From the NCBI RefSeq assembly GCF_009914755.1, contig NC_060925.1: DNA of 64,000 nt; one strand, written 5' to 3'. The notes beneath the pieces were generated by a model. The model was not told where the DNA came from and searched no databases. It saw only the letters and a list, made by a program, of their open reading frames with translations. Origin of the DNA: the human T2T-CHM13v2.0 reference genome, Homo sapiens. Positions within the stretch are counted from its first letter, which is position 1. Every line of letters begins with the position of its first letter. The translations under genes were made by a program, and so were the position numbers. Below are positions 26,850-42,310 of this stretch, one piece after another.

Positions 26850-29800
26850 ATGAAATTGAAATGGATGGACTCATCATCGAATGGATTCGAATGGAATCAT
26901 CGAATAAAATTGATTGAAATCATCATCGAATGGAATCGAATGGTATCATTGAATGGAATCGAATGGAATCATCATCAGATGGAAATGAATGGAATCGTCA
27001 TAGAATGGAATCGAATGGATTCATTGAATGGAATCAGATGGAATCATCGAATGGACTGGAATGGAATCATTGAATGGACTCGAAAGGGATCATGATTGAA
27101 TGGAATTGAATGGAATCATCGAATGGTCTCGATTGGAATCATTATCAAATGGAATCGAATGGAATCACCGAATAGAATCGAATGGAACAATCATCGAATG
27201 GACTCAAATGGAATTATCCTCAAATGGAATCGAATGGAATTATCGAATGCAATCGAATGGAATTATCGAATGCAATCGAAGAGAATCATCGAATGGACTC
27301 GAATGGAATCATCGAATGGAATGGAATGGAACAGTCAATGAACTCGAATGGAATCATCATTGAATGGAATCGAATGGAATCATCGAGTGGAATCGAATGG
27401 AATTATGATCAAATGGAATCGAATGTAATCATCATCAAATGGAATCAAAAATAACCATCATCAATTGGTATTGAATGGAATTCTCATCAAATGGAATTCA
27501 AAGGAATCATCATCAAATGGAACCGAATGGAATCCTCATTGAATGGAAATGAAAGGGGTCATCATCTAATGGAATCGCATGGAATCATCATCAAATGGAA
27601 TCGAATGGAATCAACATCAAATGGAATCTAATGGAATCATTGAACGGAATTGAATGGAATCGTCATCGAATGAATTGAATGCAATCATCGAATGGTCTCG
27701 AATGGAATCATCTTCAAATGGAATGGAATGGAATCATCGCATAGAATCGAATGGAATTATCATCGAATGGAATCGAATGGAATCAACGTCAAACGGAAAA
27801 AAACGGAATTATCGAATGGAATCGAAGAGAATCATCGAATGGACCCGAATGTTATCATCTAATGGAATGGAATGGAATAATCCATGGACTCGAATGCAAT
27901 CATCATCGAATGGAATCGAATGGAATCATCGAATGGACTCGAATGGAATAATCATTGAACGGAATCGAATGGAATCATCATCGGATGGAAACGAATGGAA
28001 TCATCATCGAATGGAATCGAATAGATTTATGGAATGAAATCCAGTGTGATCATCATCGAATGGACCCGAATGGAATCATCATCCAACGGAAGCTAATGGA
28101 ATCAACATCGAATGAATCAAATGGAAACACCATCGAATTGAAACGAATGGAATTACCATGAAATTGAAATGGATGGACTCATCATCAAATGGATTCGAAT
28201 GGAATCATCGAATAAAATTGATTGAAATCATCATCGAATGGAATCGAATGGTATCATTGAATGGAATCGAATGGAATCATCATCAGATGGAAATGAATGG
28301 AATCGTCATAGAATGGAATCGAATGGATTCATTGAATGGAATCAGATGGAATCAATGAATGGACTGGAATGGAATCATTGAATGGACTCGAAAGGGATCA
28401 TTATTGAATGGAATTGAATGGAATCATCGAATGGTCTCGATTGGAATCATTATCAAATGGAATCGAATGGAATCACCGAATAGAATCGAATGGAACAATC
28501 ATCGAATGGACTCAAATGGAATTATCCTCAAATGGAATCGAATGGAATTATCGAATGCAATCGAATGGAATTATCGAATGCAATCGAATATAATGATCGA
28601 ATGGACTCGAATGGAATCATCGAATGGAATGGAATGGAACAGTCAATGAACTCGAATGGAATCATCATTGAATGGAATCGAATGGAATCATCGAGTGGAA
28701 TCGAAAGAAATTATGATCAAATGGAAGCGAACGTAATCATCATCAAATGGAATCAAAAATAACCATCATCAATTGGTATTGAATGGAATTGTCATCAAAT
28801 GGAATTCAAAGGAATCATCATCAAATGGAACCGAATGGAATCCTCATTGAATGGAAATGAAAGGGGTCATCATCTAATGGAATCGCATGGAATCATCATC
28901 AAATGGAATCGAATGGAATCATCATCAAATGGAATCTAATGGAATCATTGAACAGAATTGAATGGAATCGTCATCGAATGAATTGAATGCAATCATCGAA
29001 TGGTCTCGAATGGAATCATCTTCTAATGGAAAGGAATGGAATATTCGCATAGAATCGAATGGAATTATCATCGAATGGAATCGAATGGTATCAACACCAA
29101 ACGGAAAAAAACGGAATTATCGAATGGAATCGAAGAGAATCTTCGAACGGACCCGAATGGAATCATCTAATGGAATGGAATGGAATAATCCATGGACTCG
29201 AATGCAATCATCATCGAATGGAATGGAATGGAATCATCGAATGGACTCGAATGGAATAATCATTGAACGGAATCGAATGGAATCATCATCGGATGGAAAC
29301 GAATGGAATCATCATCGAATGGAAATGAAAGGAGTCATCATCTAATGGAATTGCATGGAATCATCATAAAATGGAATCGAATGGAATCAACATCAAATGG
29401 AATCAAATGGAATCATTGAACGGAATTGAATGGAATCGTCATCGAATGAATTGACTGCAATCATCGAATGGTCTCGAATGGAATCATCTTCAAATGGAAT
29501 GGAATGGAATCATCGCATAGAATCGAATGGAATTATCATCGAATGGAATCGAATGGAATCAACATCAAACGGAAAAAAACGGAATTATCGAATGGAATCG
29601 AAGAGAATCATCGAATGGACCCGAATGGAATCATCTAATGGAATGGAATGGAATAATCCATGGACTCGAATGCAATCATCATCGAATGGAATCGAATGGA
29701 ATCATCGAATGGACTCGAATGGAATAATCATTGAACGGAATCGAATGGAATCATCATCGGATGGAAATGAATGGAATCATCATCGAATGGAATCGAATAG

Positions 29801-32800
29801 AATTATGGAATGAAATCCAGTGTGATCATCATCGAATGGACCCGAATGGAATCATCATCCAACGGAAGCTAATGGAATCAACATCGAATGAATCGAATGG
29901 AAACACCATCGAATTGAAACGAATGGAATTATCATGAAATTGAAATGGATGGACTCATCATCGAATGGATTCGAATGGAATCATCGAATAAAATTGATTG
30001 AAATCATCATCCAATGGAATCGAATGGTATCATTGAATGGAATCGAATGGAATCATCATCAGATGGAAATGAATGGAATCGTCATAGAATGGAATCGAAT
30101 GGATTCATTGAATGGAATCAGATGGAATCATCGAATGGACTGGAATGGAATCATTGAATGGACTCGAAAGGGATCATTATTGAATGGAATTGAATGGAAT
30201 CATCGAATGGTCTCGATTGGAATCATTATCAAATGGAATGGAATGGAATCACCGAATAGAATCGAATGGAACAATCATCGAATGGACTCAAATGGAATTA
30301 TCCTCCAATGGAATCGAATGGAATTATCGAATGCAATCGAATGGAATTATCGAATGCAATTGAATAGAATCATCGAATGGACTCGAATGGAATCATCGAA
30401 TGGAATATAATGGAACAGTCAATGAACTCGAATGGAATCATCATTGAATGGAATCGAATGGAATCATCGAGTGGAATCGAATGGAATTATGATCAAATGG
30501 AATCGAATGTAATCCTCATCAAATGGAATCAAAAATAACCATCATCAATTGGTATTGAATGGAATTGTCATCAAATGGAATTCAAAGGAATCATCATCAA
30601 ATGGAACCGAATGGAATCCTCATTGAATGGAAATGAAAGGGGTCATCATCTAATGGAATCGCATGGAATCATCATCAAATGGAATCGAATGGAATCATCA
30701 TCAAATGGAATCTAATGGAATCATTGAACAGAATTGAATGGAATCGTCATCGAATGAATTGAATGCAATCATCGAATGGTCTCGAATGGAATCATCTTCT
30801 AATGGAAAGGAATGGAATCATCGCATAGAATCGAATGGAATTATCATCGAATGGAATCGAATGGAATCAACATCAAACGGAAAAAAACGGAATTATCGAA
30901 TGGAATCGAAGAGAATCATCGAATGGACCCGAATGGAATCATCTAATGGAATGGAATGGAATAATCCATGGAGTCGAATGCAATCATCATCGAATGGAAT
31001 CGAATGGAATCATCGAATGGACTCGAATGGAATAATCATTGAACGGAATCGAATGGAATCATCATCGGATGGAAATGAATGGAATCATCATCGAATGGAA
31101 TCGAATAGAATTATGGAATGAAATCCAGTGTGATCATCATCGAATGGACCCGAATGGAATCATCATCCAACGGAAGCTAATGGAATCAACATCGAATGAA
31201 TCGAATGGAAACACCATCGAATTGAAACGAATGGAATTATCATGAAATTGAAATGGATGGACTCATCATCGAATGGATTCGAATGGAATCATCGAATAAA
31301 ATTGATTGAAATCATCATCCAATGGAATCGAATGGTATCATTGAATGGAATCGAATGGAATCATCATCAGATGGAAATGAATGGAATCGTCATAGAATGG
31401 AATCGAATGGATTCATTGAATGGAATCAGATGGAATCATCGAATGGACTGGAATGGAATCATTGAATGGACTCGAAAGGGATCATTATTGAATGGAATTG
31501 AATGGAATCATCGAATGGTCTCGATTGGAATCATTATCAAATGGAATCGAATGGAATCACCGAATAGAATCGAATGGAACAATCATCGAATGGACTCAAA
31601 TGGAATTATCCTCCAATGGAATCGAATGGAATTATCGAATGCAATCGAATGGAATTATCGAATGCAATCGAATAGAATCATCGAATGGACTCGAATGGAA
31701 TCATCGAATGGAATGGAATGGAACAGTCAATGAACTCGAATGGAATCATCATTGAATGGAATCGAATGGAATCATCGAGTGGAATCGAATGGAATTATGA
31801 TCAAATGGAATCGAATGTAATCCTCATCAAATGGAATCAAAAATAACCATCATCAATTGGTATTGAATGGAATTGTCATCAAATGGAATTCAAAGGAATC
31901 ATCATCAAATGGAACCGAATGGAATCCTCATTGAATGGAAATGAAAGGGGTCATCATCTAATGGAATCGCATGGAATCATCATCAAATGGAATCGAATGG
32001 AATCATCATCAAATGGAATCTAATGGAATCATTGAACAGAATTGAATGGAATCGTCATCGAATGAATTGAATGCAATCATCGAATGGTCTCGAATGGAAT
32101 CATCTTCTAATGGAAAGGAATGGAATCATCGCATAGAATCGAATGGAATTATCATCGAATGGAATCGAATGGTATCAACACCAAACGGAAAAAAACGGAA
32201 TTATCGAATGGAATCGAAGAGAATCTTCGAACGGACCCGAATGGAATCATCTAATGGAATGGAATGGAATAATCCATGGACTCGAATGCAATCATCATCG
32301 AATGGAATCGAATGGAATCATCGAATGGACTCGAATGGAATAATCATTGAACGGAATCGAATGGAATCATCATCGGATGGAAACGAATGGAATCATCATC
32401 GAATGGGAATGAAAGGAGTCATCATCTAATGGAATTGCATGGAATCATCATAAAATGGAATCGAATGGAATCAACATCAAATGGAATCAAATGGAATCAT
32501 TGAACGGAATTGAATGGAATCGTCATCGAATGAATTGAATGCAATCATCGAATGGTCTCGAATGGAATCATCTTCAAATGGAATGGAATGGAATCATCGC
32601 ATAGAATCGAATGGAATTATCATCGAATGGAATCGAATGGAATCAACACCAAACGGAAAAAAACGGAATTATCAAATGGAATCGAAGAGAATCATCGAAT
32701 GGACCCAAATGGAATCATCTAACGGAATGGAATGGAATAATCCATGGACTCGAATGCAATCATCATCGAATGGAATCGAATGGAATCATCGAATGGACTC

Positions 32801-35800
32801 GAATGGAATAATCATTGAACGGAATCAAATGGAATCATCATCGGATGGAAATGAATGGAATCGTCATCGAATGGAATCGAATAGAATTATGGAATGAAAT
32901 CCAGTGTGATCATCATCGAATGGACCTGAATGGAATCATCATCCAATGGAAGCTAATGGAATCAACATCGAATGAATCAAATTGAAACACCATCGAATTG
33001 AAACGAATGGAATTACCATGAAATTGAAATGGATGGACTCATCATCGAATGGATTCGAAAGGAATCATCGAATAAAATTGATTGAAATCATCATCGAATG
33101 GAATCGAATGGTATCATTGAATGGAATCGAATGGAATCATCATCAGATGGAAATGAATGGAATCGTCATAGAATGGAATCGAATGGATTCATTGAATGGA
33201 ATCAGATGGAATCATCGAATGGACTGGAATGGAATCATTGAATGGACTCGAAAGAGATCATGATTGAATGGAATTGAATGGAATCATCGAATGGTCTCGA
33301 TTGGAATCATTATCAAATGGAATCGAATGGAATCACCGAATAGAATCGAATGGAACAATCATCGAATGGACTCAAATGGAATTATCCTCCAATGGAATCG
33401 AATGGAATTATCGAATGCAATCGAATGGAATTATCGAATGCAATCGAATAGAATCATCGAATGGACTCGAATGGAATCATCGAATGGAATGGAATGGAAC
33501 AGTCAATGAACTCGAATGGAATCATCATTGAATGGAATCGAATGGAATCATCGAGTGGAATCGAATGGAATTATGATCAAATGGAATCGAATGTAATCAT
33601 CATCAAATGGAATCAAAAATAACCATCATCAATTGGAATTGAATGGAATTGTCATCAAATGGAATTCAAAGGAATCATCATCAAATGGAACCGAATGGAA
33701 TCCTCATTGAATGGAAATGAAAGGGGTCATCTAATGGAATCGCATGGAATCATCATCAAATGGAATCGAATGGAATCATCATCAAATGGAATCTAATGGA
33801 ATCATTGAACAGAATTTAATGGAATCGTCATCGAATGAATTGAATGCAATCATCGAATGGTCTCGAATGGAACCATCTTCTAATGGAAAGGAATGGAATC
33901 ATCGCATAGAATCGAATGGAATTATCATCGAATGGAATCGAATGGTATCAACACCAAACGGAAAAAAACGGAATTATCGAATGGAATCGAAGAGAATCTT
34001 CGAACGGACCCGAATGGAATCATCTAATGGAATGGAATGGAATAATCCATGGACTCGAATGCAATCATCATCGAATGGAATCGAATGGAATCATCGAATG
34101 GACTCGAATGGAATAATCATTGAACGGAATCGAATGGAATCATCATCGGATGGAAACGAATGGAATCATCATCGAATGGGAATGAAAGGAGTCATCATCT
34201 AATGGAATTGCATGTAATCATCATAAAATGGAATCGAATGGAATCAACATCAAATGGAATCAAATGGAATCATTGAACGGAATTGAATGGAATCGTCATC
34301 GAATGAATTAAATGCAATCATCGAATGGTCTCGAATGGAATCATCTTCAAATGGAATGGAATGGAATCATCGCATAGAATCGAATGGAATTATCATCGAA
34401 TGGAATCGAATGGAATCAACATCAAACGGAAAAAAACGGAATTATCGAATGGAATCGAAGAGAATCATCGAATGCACCCGAATGGAATCATCTAATGGAA
34501 TGGAATGGAATAATCCATGGACTCGAATGCAATCATCATCGAATGGAATCGAATGGAATCATCGAATGGACTCGAATGGAATAATCATTGAACGGAATCA
34601 AATGGAATCATCATCGGATGGAAATGAATGGAATCGTCATCGAATGGAATCGAATAGAATTATGGAATGAAATCCAGTGTGATCATCATCGAATGGACCT
34701 GAATGGAATCATCATCCAACGGAAGCTAATGGAATCAACATCGAATGAATCAAATGGAAACACCATCGAATTGAAACGAATGGAATTACCATGAAATTGA
34801 AATGGATGGACTCATCATCGAATGGATTCGAATGGAATCATCGAATAAAATTGATTGAAATCATCATCGAATGGAATCGAATGGTATCATTGAATGGAAT
34901 CGAATGGAATCATCATCAGATGGAAATGAATGGAATCGTCATAGAATGGAATCGAATGGATTCATTGAATGGAATCAGATGGAATCAGTGAATGGACTGT
35001 AATGGAATCATTGAATGGACTCGAAAGGGATCATTATTGAATGGAATTGAATGGAATCATCGAATGGTCTCGATTGGAATCATTATCAAATGGAATCGAA
35101 TGGAATCACCGAATAGAATCGAATGGAACAATCATCGAATGGACTCAAATGGAATTATCCTCAAATGGAATCGAATGGAATTATCGAATGCAATCGAATG
35201 GAATTATCGAATGCAATCGAATAGAATCATCGAATGGACTCGAATGGAATCATCGAATGGAATGGAATGGAACAGTCAATGAACTCGAATGGAATCATCA
35301 TTGAATGGAATCGAATGGAATCATCGAGTGGAATCGAAAGGAATTATGACCAAATGGAATCGAATGTAATCATCATCAAATGGAATCAAAAATAACCATC
35401 ATCAATTGGTATTGAATGGAATTGTCATGAAATGGAATTCAAAGGAATCATCATCAAATGGAACCGAATGGAATCCTCATTGAATGGAAATGAAAGGGGT
35501 CATCATCTAATGGAATCGCATGGAATCATCATCAAATGGAATCGAATGGAATCATCATCAAATGGAATCTAATGGAATCATTGAAAAGAATTGAATGGAA
35601 TCGTCATCGAATGAATTGAATGCAATCATCGAATGGTCTCGAATGGAATCATCTTCAAATGGAATGGAATGGAATCATCGCATAGAATCGAATGGAATTA
35701 TCATCGAATGGAATCGAATGGAATCAACATCTAACGGAAAAAAACGGAATTATCGAATGGAATCGAAGAGAATCATCGAATGGACCCGAATGGAATCATC

Positions 35801-37344
35801 TAATGGAATGGAATGGAATAATCCATGGACTCGAATGCAATCATCATCGAATGGAATCGAATGGAATCATCGAATGGACTCGAATGGAATAATCATTGAA
35901 CGGAATCGAATGGAATCATCATCGGATGGAAATGAAAGGAGTCATCATCTAATGGAATTGCATGGAATCATCATAAAATGGAATCGAGTGGAATCAACAT
36001 CAAATGGAATCAAATGGAATCATTGAACGGAATTGAATGGAATCGTCATCGAATGAATTGAATGCAATCATCGAATGGTCTCGAATGGAATCATCTTCAA
36101 ATGGAATGGAATGGAATCATCGCATAGAATCGAATGGAATTATCATCGAATGGAATCGAATGGAATCAAAATCAAACGGAAAAATACGGAATTATCGAAT
36201 GGAATCAAAGAGAATCATCGAATGGACCCGAATGGAATCATCTAATGGAATGGAATGGAATAATCCATGGACTCGAATGCAATCATCATCGAATGGAATC
36301 GAATGGAATCATCCAATGGACTCGAATGGAATAATCATTGAACGGAATCGAATGGAATCATCATCGGATGGAAATGAATGGAATCATCATCGAATGGAAT
36401 CGAATAGAATTATGGAATGAAATCCAGTGTGATCATCATCGAATGGACCCGAATGGAATCATCATCCAACGGATGCTAATGGAATCAACATCGAATGAAT
36501 CAAATGGAAACACCATCGAATTGAAACGAATGGAATTACCATGAAATTGAAATGGATGGACTCATCATCGAATGGATTCGAAAGGAATCATCGAATAAAA
36601 TTGATTGAAATCATCATCGAATGGAATCGAATGGTATCATTGAATGGAATCGAATGGAATCATCATCAGATGGAAATGAATGGAATCGTCATAGAATGGA
36701 ATCGAATGGATTCATTGAATGGAATCAGATGGAATCATCGAATGGACTGGAATGGAATCATTGAATGGACTCGAAAGAGATCATGATTGAATGGAATTGA
36801 ATGGAATCATCGAATGGTCTCGATTGGAATCATTATCAAATGGAATCGAATGGAATCACCGAATAGAATCGAATGGAACAATCATCGAATGGACTCAAAT
36901 GGAATTATCCTCAAATGGAATCGAATGGAATTATCGAATGCAATCGAATGGAATTATCGAATGCAATCGAATAGAATCATCGAATGGACTCGAATGGATT
37001 CATCGAATGGAATGGAATGGAAAAGTCAATGAACACGAATGGAATCATCACTGAATGGAATCGAATGGAATCATCGAGTGGAATCGAATGGAATTATGAT
37101 CAAATGGAATCGAATGTAATCATCATCAAATGGAATCAAAAATAACCATCATCAATTGGTATTGAATGGAATTGTTATCAAATGGAATTCAAAGGAATCA
37201 TCATCAAATGGAACTGAATGGAATCCTCATTGAATGGAAATGAAAGGGGTCATCATCTAATGGAATAGCATGGAATAATCATCAAATGGAATCGAATGGA
37301 ATCATCATCAAATGGAATCTAATGGAATCATTGAAAAGAATTGA

Positions 37345-37812
37345 ATGGAATCATCATCGAATGAATTGAATGCAATCATCGAATGGTCTCGAATGGAATC
37401 ATCTTCTAATGGAAAGGAATGGAATCATCGCATAGAATCGAATGGAATTAACATTGAATGGACTCGAATGGAATCAACATCAAATGGAATCAAGCGGAAT
37501 TATCGAATGAAATCGAAGAGAATCATCGAATGGACTCGAATGGAATCATCTAGTGGAATGGAATGGAATAATCCACGGACTCGAATGCAATCATCATCGT
37601 ATAGAATCGAATGGAATCATCGAATGGACTCGAATGGAATAACCATTGAACGGAATCAAATGGAATCATCATCGGATGGAAACGAATGGAATCATCATCG
37701 AATGGAAATGAAAGGAGTCATCATCTAATGGAATTGCATGGAATCATCATAAAATGGAATCGAATGGAATCATCATCAAATGGAATCAAATGGAATCATT
37801 GAACGGAATTGA
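37345..37812 (+). repeat. First copy of a divergent 468 bp module (type c)
   Basis: Carries AATTAACATTGAATGGACTC, GGAATCAAGCGG (in place of GGAAAAAAACGG), AATCCACGG, CATCGTATAG and AATAACCATTG. Further copies start at 43115, 49212, 50437, 52360, 56049 and 59279. Confidence 0.88.
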
Positions 37813-40092
37813 ATGGAATCGTCATCGAATGAATTGAATGCAATCATCGAATGGTCTCGAATGGAATCATCTTCAAATGGAATGGAATGGAATCATCGCA
37901 TAGAATCGAATGGAATTAATATCGAATGGAATCGAATGGTATCAACATCAAACGGAAAATAACGGAATTATCGAATGGAATCGAAGAGAATCTTCGAACG
38001 TACCCGAATGGAATCATGTAATGGAGTGGAATGGAATAATCCATGGACTCGAATGCAATCATCATCGAATGGAATCGAATGGAATCATCGAATGGACTCG
38101 AATGGAATAATCATTGAACGGAATCGAATGGAATCATCATCGGATGGAAATGAATGGAATCATCATCGAATGGAATCGAATAGAATTATGGAATGAAATC
38201 CAGTGTGATCATCATCGAATGGACCCGAATGGAATCATCATCCAACGGAAGCTAATGGAATCAACATCGAATGAATCGAATGGAAACACCATCGAATTGA
38301 AACGAATGGAATTATCATGAAATTGAAATGGATGGACTCATCATCGAATGGATTCGAATGGAATCATCGAATAAAATTGATTGAAATTATCATCAAATGG
38401 AATCGAATGGTATCATTGAATGGAATCGAATGGAATCATCATCAGATGGAAATGAATGGAATCGTCATAGAATGGAATCGAATGGATTCATTGAATGGAA
38501 TCAGATGGAATCATCGAATGGACTGGAATGGAATCATTGAATGGACTCGAAAGGGATCATTATTGAATGGAATTGAATGGAATCATCGAATGGTCTCGAT
38601 TGGAATCATTATCAAATGGAATCGAATGGAATCACCGAATAGAATCGAATGGAACAACCATCGAATGGACTCAAATGGAATTATCCTCAAATGGAATCGA
38701 ATGGAATTATCGAATGCAATCGAATGGAATTATCGAATGCAATCGAATAGAATCATCGAATGGACTCGAATGGAATCATCGAATGGAATGGAATGGAACA
38801 GTCAATGAACTCGAATGGAATCATCATTGAATGGAATCGAATGGAATCATCGAGTGGAATCGAATGGAATTATGATCAAATGGAATCGAATGTAATCATC
38901 ATCAAATGGAATCAAAAATAACCATCATCAATTGGTATTGAATGGAATTGTCATCAAATGGAATTCAAAGGAAACATCATCAAATGGAACCGAATGGAAT
39001 CCTCATTGAATGGAAATGAAAGGGGTCATCATCTAATGGAATCGCATGGAATCATCATCAAATGGAATCGAATGGAATCATCATCAAATGGAATCTAATG
39101 GAATCATTGAACAGAATTCAATGGAATCGTCATCGAATGAATTGAATGCAATCATCGAATGGTCTCGAATGGAACCATCTTCTAATGGAAAGGAATGGAA
39201 TCATCGCATAGAATCGAATGGAATTGTCATCGAATGGAATCGAATGGTATCAACACCAAACGGAAAAAAACGGAAATATCGAATGGAATCGAAGAGAATC
39301 TTCGAACGGACCCGAATGGAATCATCTAATGGAATGGAATGGAATAATCCATGGACTCGAATGCAATCATCATCGAATGGAATCGAATGGAATCATCGAA
39401 TGGACTCGAATGGAATAATCATTGAACGGAATCGAATGGAATCATCATTGGATGGAAACGAATGGAATCATCATCGAATGGAAATGAAAGGAGTCATCAT
39501 CTAATGGAATTGCATGGAATCATCATCAAATGGAATCGAATGGAATCAACATCAAATGGAATCAAATGGAATCATTGAACGGAATTGAATGGAATCGTCA
39601 TTGAATGAATTGAATGCAATCATCGAATGGTCTCGAATGGAATCATCTTCAAATGGAATGGAATGGAATCATCGCATAGAATCGAATGGAATTATCATCG
39701 AATGGAATCGAATGGAATCAACATCAAACGGAAAAAAACGGAATTATCGAATGGAATCGAAGAGAATCATCGAATGGACCCGAATGGAATCATCTAATGG
39801 AATGGAATGGAATAATCCATGGACTCGAATGCAATCATCATCGAATGGAATCGAATGGAATCATCGAATGGACTCGAATGGAATAATCATTGAACGGAAT
39901 CGAATGGAATCATCATCGGATGGAAATGAATGGAATCATCATCGAATGGAATCGAATAGAATTATGGAATGAAATCCAGTGTGATCATCATCGAATGGAC
40001 CCGAATGGAATCATCATCCAACGGAAGCTAATGGAATCAACATCGAATGAATCAAATGGAAACACCATCGAATTGAAACGAATGGAATTACC

Positions 40093-42310
40093 ATGAAATT
40101 GAAATGGATGGACTCATCATCAAATGGATTCGAGTGGAATCATCGAATAAAATTGATTGAAATCATCATCGTATGGAATCGAATGGTATCATTGAATGGA
40201 ATCGAATGGAATCATCTTCAGATGGAAATGAAAGGAATCATCATAGAATGGAATCGAATGGATTCATTGAATGGAATCAGATGGAATCATTGAATGGACT
40301 GGAATGGAATCATTGAATGGACTCGAAAGGGATCATTATTGAATGGAATTGAATGGAATCATCGAATGGTCTCGATTGGAATCATTATCAAATGGAATCG
40401 AATGGAATCACCGAATAGAATCGAATGGAACAATCATCGAATGGACTCAAATGGAATTATCCTCAAATGGAATTGAATGGAATTATCGAATGCAATCGAA
40501 TGGAATTATCGAATGCAATCGAATAGAATCATCGAATGGACTCGAATGGAATCATCGAATGGAATGGAATGGAACAGTCAATGAACTCGAATGGAATCAT
40601 CATTGAATGGAATCGAATGGAATCATCGAGTGGAATCGAATGTAATCATCATCAAATGGAATCGAATGTAATCATCATCAAATGGAATCAAAAATAACCA
40701 TCATCAACTGGTATTGAATGGAATTCTCATCAAATGGAATTCAAAGGAATCATCATCAAATGGAACCGAATGGAATCCTCATTGAATGGAAATGAAAGGG
40801 GTCATCATCTAATGGAATCGCATGGAATCATCATCAAATGGAATCGAATGGAATCATCATCAAATGGAATCTAATGGAATCATTGAAAAGAATTGAATGG
40901 AATCGTCATCGAATGAATTGAATGCAATCATCGAATGGTCTCGAATGGAATCATCTTCTAATGGAAAGGAATGGAATCATCGCATAGAATCGAATGGAAT
41001 TATCATCGAATGGAATCGAATGGTATCAACACCAAACGGAAAAAAACGGAATTATCGGATGGAATCGAAGAGAATCTTCGAACGGACCCGAATGGAATCA
41101 TCTAATGGAATGAAATGGAATAATCCATGGACTCGAATGCAATCATCATCGAATGGAATCGAATGGAATCATCGAATGGACTCGAATGGAATAATCATTG
41201 AACGGAATCGAATGGAATCATCATCGGATGGAAACGAATGGAATCATCATCGAATGGAAATGAAAGGAGTCATCATCTAATGGAATTGCATGGAATCATC
41301 ATAAAATGGAATCGAATGGAATCAACATCAAATGGAATCAAATGGAATCATTGAACGGAATTGAATGGAATCGTCATCGAATGAATTGACTGCAATCATC
41401 CAATGGTCTCGAATGGAATCATCTTCAAATGGAATGGAATGGAATCATCGCATAGAATCGAATGGAATTATCATCGAATGGAATCGAATGGAATCAACAT
41501 CAAACGGAAAAAAACGGAATTATCGAATGGAATCGAAGAGAATCATCGAATGGACCCGAATGGAATCATCTAATGGAATGGAATGGAATAATCCATGGAC
41601 TCGAATGCAATCATCATCGAATGGAATCGAATGGAATCATCGAATGGACTCGAATGGAATAATCATTGAACGGAATCGAATAGAATCATCATCGGATGGA
41701 AATGAAAGGAGTCATCATCTAATGGAATTGCATGGAATCATCATAAAATGGAATCGAATTGAATCAACATCAAATGGAATCAAATGGAATCATTGAACGG
41801 AATTGAATGGAATCGTCATCGAATGAATTGAATGCAATCATCGAATGGTCTCGAATGGAATCATCTTCAAATGGAATGGAATGGAATCATCGCATAGAAT
41901 CGAATGGAATTATCATCGAATGGAATCGAATGGAATCAACATCAAACGGAAAAATACGGAATTATCGAATGGAATCGAAGAGAATCATCGAATGGACCCG
42001 AATGGAATCATCTAATGGAATGGAATGGAATAATCCATGGACTCGAATGCAATCATCATCGAATGGAATCGAATGGAATCATCGAATGGACTCGTATGGA
42101 ATAATCATTGAACGGAATCGAATGGCATCGTCATCGGATGGAAATGAATGGAATCATCATCGAATGGAATCGAATAGAATTATGGAATGAAATCCAGTGT
42201 GATCATCATCGAATGGACCCGAATGGAATCATCATCCAACGGAAGCTAATGGAATCAACATCGAATGAATCGAATGGAAACACCATCGAATTGAAACGAA
42301 TGGAATTACC
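40093..42310 (+). repeat. 2,218 bp three-module unit (2244 minus 26)
   Basis: Anchors at 40093 and 42311. Modules at 40897, 41365 and 41807 (468 then 442 spacing). Confidence 0.88.
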
